Below are positions 52,194-64,000 of a stretch of 64,000 nucleotides of DNA, one piece after another. How positions within the stretch are numbered: the first letter of the stretch is position 1; each line of letters begins with the position of its first letter. Where the stretch lies: NCBI RefSeq assembly GCF_000315625.1, contig NW_005434639.1:127670-191669 (forward strand), given 5' to 3'. The notes beneath the pieces are model-generated. The model made no database searches. It saw only the letters and a list, made by a program, of their open reading frames with translations, and had not been told where the DNA came from. The DNA comes from Guillardia theta CCMP2712. Its lineage: Eukaryota; Protista; Cryptophyta. A program made the position numbers and the translations under genes.

Positions 52194-52901
52194 ATGGGCA
52201 TCTTCACTTGTGGTTTCTACGACCTCTATGCTGATTTGATGACGATCCTCCCTGCTAAACACGTCATCCTGTTCTACCTAACATCCAAGGAGATCATGCG
52301 ATGTATCGACAATAATGCCAGGTGCTCTGATATCATCAAATCTCGAGTAAACCAGGCTAGGAGATCATATCGCAAGATTCTTGGTAAAGCTGGATTCGAA
52401 TTCAAGAAACTTAAACTGATGAATACACCCCCCCTCTCGGACATGCAACTCTTGTCCTTGTATACCTTTCGGATGTGTACAATGTGTTGGAGCCATCCCC
52501 TCAACAAGTCAGCGCGGCCTGTGATCGTGGGATTCGGACAAAGGCTATGTTTATCATGTTGTACATGTTTCACACTCGAACAATCTGTCGTCAAAGATGT
52601 GTACAAGCTAAGCCTCGAAGACTGTGTACACCTCCCGCACTTGATCGTGGTGTGGGAAGATCAGCGGAGTGAAAGTCGTGTATTTCTGAAGAGCGACATC
52701 GAAGAGATTGCAGGACAGCATCTCAGTGCTGATGAGGTTACGATGAAGCTTCGCCAAGCTCACTATGAATGCATCATCAACAAATTCACCACTCTTTGCT
52801 TTGCCAGGCTTCAATCCAGAATCGAAAATTTTCAGGCAATCTTTGAACAACTCCAACTGTACCAATCGACAAGGCAGAACCAACGTGCATCAAGGCGTTG
52901 A
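52194..52901 (+). CDS. Intronless 235-aa protein with CxxC pairs and an XPA-C-terminal-like segment (possible F-box-like N-terminus)
   Basis: CTMC...GQRLCLSC followed by VVKDVYKLSLEDCVHLP...RVFLKSDIE, reminiscent of the XPA Zn-finger/C-terminal module. Similarity judged by eye only. Confidence 0.5.
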   Translation: MGIFTCGFYDLYADLMTILPAKHVILFYLTSKEIMRCIDNNARCSDIIKSRVNQARRSYRKILGKAGFEFKKLKLMNTPPLSDMQLLSLYTFRMCTMCWSHPLNKSARPVIVGFGQRLCLSCCTCFTLEQSVVKDVYKLSLEDCVHLPHLIVVWEDQRSESRVFLKSDIEEIAGQHLSADEVTMKLRQAHYECIINKFTTLCFARLQSRIENFQAIFEQLQLYQSTRQNQRASRR

Positions 52902-53292
52902 TAGCATGATATCGTAATACTGCAATATTTCTTGCGCGCGTGAAAGATGCAGTTTGAATACATTTCACAACTCCGTGTTGTGTATTATAACGACCCAACA
53001 CTTACACCATCTTACATGTCGTCGTCGAAAGTTCCCATGGAAACATTCGTTGAAGATTCGATAGCACATTTGAAGGCATTGTGGGATGATAAAATAGTGA
53101 TTTGAGGTCTTCCAGAGCCACTCTATGACTTTCTTGTTCCTGGACGCGGCCTGATTTGAGATAACCCGGAATGTAGTACTGGAAGGGCATGAACCTACCG
53201 CAGACAGAGCGTATGTCGACAAATACGACTGAAGGAAAACAAAATGATCTGACATTCATTAACTTCTCCACAACAGAAAAAAAATTAGTGAC

Positions 53293-54306
53293 CTAGCAGC
53301 CAACAGCAACTTCAGCAGCTGCCATGACGGAGCTCCCTCTTAGCTTCTTGGTGAAGTGTGAGAGCCCTTCAAGAACCCCTCCTGCCATGGGCAAGCTTGC
53401 ACGGAAGTGCAAGTCCGGCTTCTCCAGCTTGTGAGCCACCTTGAGCAAGTCCTGGTCGGCGTTGGCGACGCAGATGAAAGGGATCTCAGTCTGCAGGAGG
53501 GGAGCGTCGTTCAGAGTGTCCCCAGCAGCGATGCAGCGATGGCTCTCATACCCCAGCTTCTTCCTCAGAAACATGGCGGCGTTGGCTTTGTTTGCCAAGG
53601 CAGGAAGCACACAGATCAGGCGGGGAGGAGGATCCGATCCCCACGCTGCCATCGAGTAAATGGTACAGTTCTCCGCGAGCTTGTCCTGCAGCTCCTGCAC
53701 AACCATCTGTGCCTTCTCCTCCGTCGATACAGTGATCGCATAACGCGCCTCCCCTCGAGGAGGAGAGTTGTCCACATCGTTGAGACTCGGTATCAGCCCT
53801 TCGTCGTAAGGGTCGCAGATCGCCTCGACCTTCTCGGCTAGCCCGGATTCCCACCATTGCTCGTTGATCTGACGCTCCCAGTCTTCATCGACTCGGAACT
53901 CAGCATTGTCATAGTCAACGCAATATCGGATCTCCGTGCCCTCCCCGGTGATCAACACATCTGGTACGATCAGGTTTGGCGTTCCTCCCCCGTGCAGCGA
54001 GTGAGTTCCTTTCCCGATGTTCTCGTTCATCTCTCGTGTTGCCCGCGTCTGGAACAGAGGATTGCAATCCCTGATGCTCCTCGCCGTGTTGTAGCACAAC
54101 ACTGATCCCGTACTCCTCTCGTGCGTTTCCCAGACCGAGTTGAAGTTTTGCAGGTTCGAGTCGTCGCCTATCAAAGTGCCATCGAGGTCGCTCATAAGCA
54201 GCACTGAATGATGATGTCCTTTACGAAGGCATGGCGTCATTGGCGATATTGTGCTGCCGCTCAGCCCAACCGCGCACAATATTAACAAACAATAAAAAGA
54301 TTTCAT
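53293..54306 (-). CDS. HAD subfamily IIB hydrolase, sucrose-phosphatase (S6PP)-like, with N-terminal signal peptide; intronless
   Basis: Motif I SDLDGTLIG, motif II YNTARS, PDVLIT..GTEI, motif III NKANA, motif IV AGDTLND. N-terminus MKSFYCLLILCAVGLSGS. Confidence 0.88.
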   Translation of the reverse strand: MKSFYCLLILCAVGLSGSTISPMTPCLRKGHHHSVLLMSDLDGTLIGDDSNLQNFNSVWETHERSTGSVLCYNTARSIRDCNPLFQTRATREMNENIGKGTHSLHGGGTPNLIVPDVLITGEGTEIRYCVDYDNAEFRVDEDWERQINEQWWESGLAEKVEAICDPYDEGLIPSLNDVDNSPPRGEARYAITVSTEEKAQMVVQELQDKLAENCTIYSMAAWGSDPPPRLICVLPALANKANAAMFLRKKLGYESHRCIAAGDTLNDAPLLQTEIPFICVANADQDLLKVAHKLEKPDLHFRASLPMAGGVLEGLSHFTKKLRGSSVMAAAEVAVGC

Positions 54307-54689
54307 AAGCTTGTGGTCTCAGGAAAGGAGTTTCCTGGACATACACCGCATCCACCAACTGTGGGACCAACAATTCCACCAGCTGCACGCTATTCGCTTC
54401 TCTTCTCCTGTCCTGTCCTCTTTCCTCGTATCCTTCCCTTACTCTCCCTCGCTCTCTCTCTCCTTCTTCGCTTCTTCCTCCTCAACACGTTTGTTTCTCC
54501 TCCTTGCTCTTCGCTCCTTCTGTCTTCAAACCTGTTTCAGGAACCTTTCTTGTTTACCACCCCACCCCTACCCCCTGATATTAATAACACCCACCCATCT
54601 CCCCCATCAACGATCAACTCGTTTCCTACGCTCTTCCTTCTCATCTCTACCTCACTAATTTCATATATCAGGTATTAATTAATTTTGAT

Positions 54690-56060
54690 GATCCCACCTC
54701 CAATTCAAATTTACCACTACTCAAGGTGACGTCATCACAACCCACCCCCCCTTGATCAAAGTCCTACCCGGTATCTAGCACCACGGTTGTACGATATCCC
54801 ACCAGAGCACCCCCTTCTATTCCCCGAAACGGAGTAACACCTGTACCCTACCCATAAGAGTGTGGTACAATTTCAAACCCCCAACATGACCAATGATGAC
54901 ATAGAAAATACAGGGGGTAGTTCATTACCCCCACCCTCTAATTTCAATCCCCTTTCAGAAGCAGGGGGCACGGCTACAATCTTTGAACCCATTACCCCCT
55001 ACCCCCTACTGAAAAGCTTCTACTACATTCACCCCCAATTTGTCAACCAATCACAAGAGAAAGGTACCGGCACTTTGAACAAACAAGTACCCCCCACCCC
55101 AGGTTTTTGAATCTGAAGTAAGTTTGATCCCTCTTACGTACGAGCACCACATCAATGTTCACCCCCTACCCCCCATTTGTCCACTACCCCCTTTGTGTCT
55201 TTCCTTGATTTTGCTCCATACCCTTGTATCTGACACCCCCACCCCCCCAAGTATCCTAGTCCAATTCATATTTGGTCAGGGAACTTGGCGACCGTCACCC
55301 TTGTCGAAGCACCCCCCACCCGACAAGTGTACCCCTCCACCCTCTCTGGTACCCTACCCTAAGTAAATACCCGCACGTTCTTCCCCTGCTAGCCCAACGC
55401 TCGAGAACGACCACCCCTACCGTCCAGTTTGCTATCCCATGACCCCACCCTGATTTTCTCAAGACAAGGAGTTCTGTTTCTGTACAAAATCTTGACTACC
55501 GGTTATTTAGATACTTATTTCATCGAAAAGTACCCGTACATTGTGAAGGTCAGCCATTAACGTGGTACTGTTACGATACCCCCACCCCCTTTCTCCCGGC
55601 ACCCTCTTCGACCCACCCCTTCTCGTATCTAACCGAATATGCTCTTCCCCGTGTCCATGAAATCCTGTGGAACTCATTTAATAGGATCCTAGGAGTGAAC
55701 TGAACATTTCCAAATTCTCAGTCCGACGGTCACCCGGAGCCCAAGACGCCGGGTCCCGGAACGACGGTGACCGGGCCGGGTGACGCTGGAGCAAAACTTG
55801 CCACTGTCTTGTTGCAACTAAGGTCGTTATGATCATCGGATGTCGGTACGGTCTGCATTAAGTTGCTGCCCCGCGGCTGACTCACTGAGTGCGCAGCGCC
55901 GGGGCGGGCGCACTGTTCTGAGTCTGCCGGCCCAGGGCCAGTCCGAGCCCCGAGCCTGACCCGGCGCCCGGCCGCCGCTGTCCGACGGTTGCGGCCCAAC
56001 TGCCGCCGCAGCTCGCCGGGACCGTGCCGGGCCGCCGGGCGGCGGCTTAGTGTGTACTAA
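54690..56060. repeat. Degenerate intergenic element: about 1 kb of (T)ACCCC-rich sequence followed by a CCGG-rich block
   Basis: Dozens of ccccacccc/tacccc words in 54690-55630, then a GC-rich gccgggcc/ccggc block at 55720-56050. Confidence 0.6.
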
Positions 56061-56132
56061 GTTTCCGGAAACTTTTGTTGGCCCGTTCCATTTGACGTTT
56101 GACAATCTTGACTACTACGGTGGTCATCAAAG

Positions 56133-63890
<7,758 letters not shown>

Positions 63891-63915
63891 AGTAAGAAGA
63901 GATCTCATGCCTTTG

Positions 63916-63960
63916 TTGTCTTGTCTTGTCTTGTCTTGTCTTGTCTTGTCTTGTCTTGTC
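63916..63960. repeat. (TTGTC)9 microsatellite
   Basis: Direct reading of the sequence. Confidence 0.92.
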
Positions 63961-64000
63961 TTGACCGTCTTGACTGTCTTGACTGTTACGACTAGTTCAT

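Overview
Eukaryotic nuclear genomic DNA: gene-dense, many 45-80 nt GT-AG introns, abundant purine/pyrimidine microsatellites, two N gaps. A signal peptide + 'AF' + transit peptide + twin-arginine protein points to an alga with a red-derived complex plastid; intron style and repeats suggest a cryptophyte such as Guillardia/Hanusia (inference). The ORF track misses the largest feature: a minus-strand reading frame from ATG 22381 that runs off the left edge with no detected stop (>=7,460 codons). It encodes a signal peptide and roughly 50 diverged 133-155 aa beta-rich repeats. Other genes, left to right: DUF4062-like/NACHT/WD40 STAND protein, signal-peptide-bearing OGT/SEC-like GT41, putatively dually acylated PDZ protein, atypical Pfmap-2-like MAP kinase (S-E-H activation motif, 10-nt micro-exon), thylakoid-lumen-targeted protein, mitochondrial uL13, a single-pass receptor, an ARM-like protein, a small Cys/XPA-C-like protein, a signal-peptide-bearing sucrose-phosphatase-like HAD, and a large partial ARM-like gene. 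The best candidate for a new system is the receptor at 44481-47938. After splicing it joins an extracellular betaine/choline-type periplasmic-binding domain, a Cys-rich stalk and one TM helix to a cytosolic RelA/SpoT (alarmone synthetase)-like domain. Gene models were built by eye and no database searches were run.
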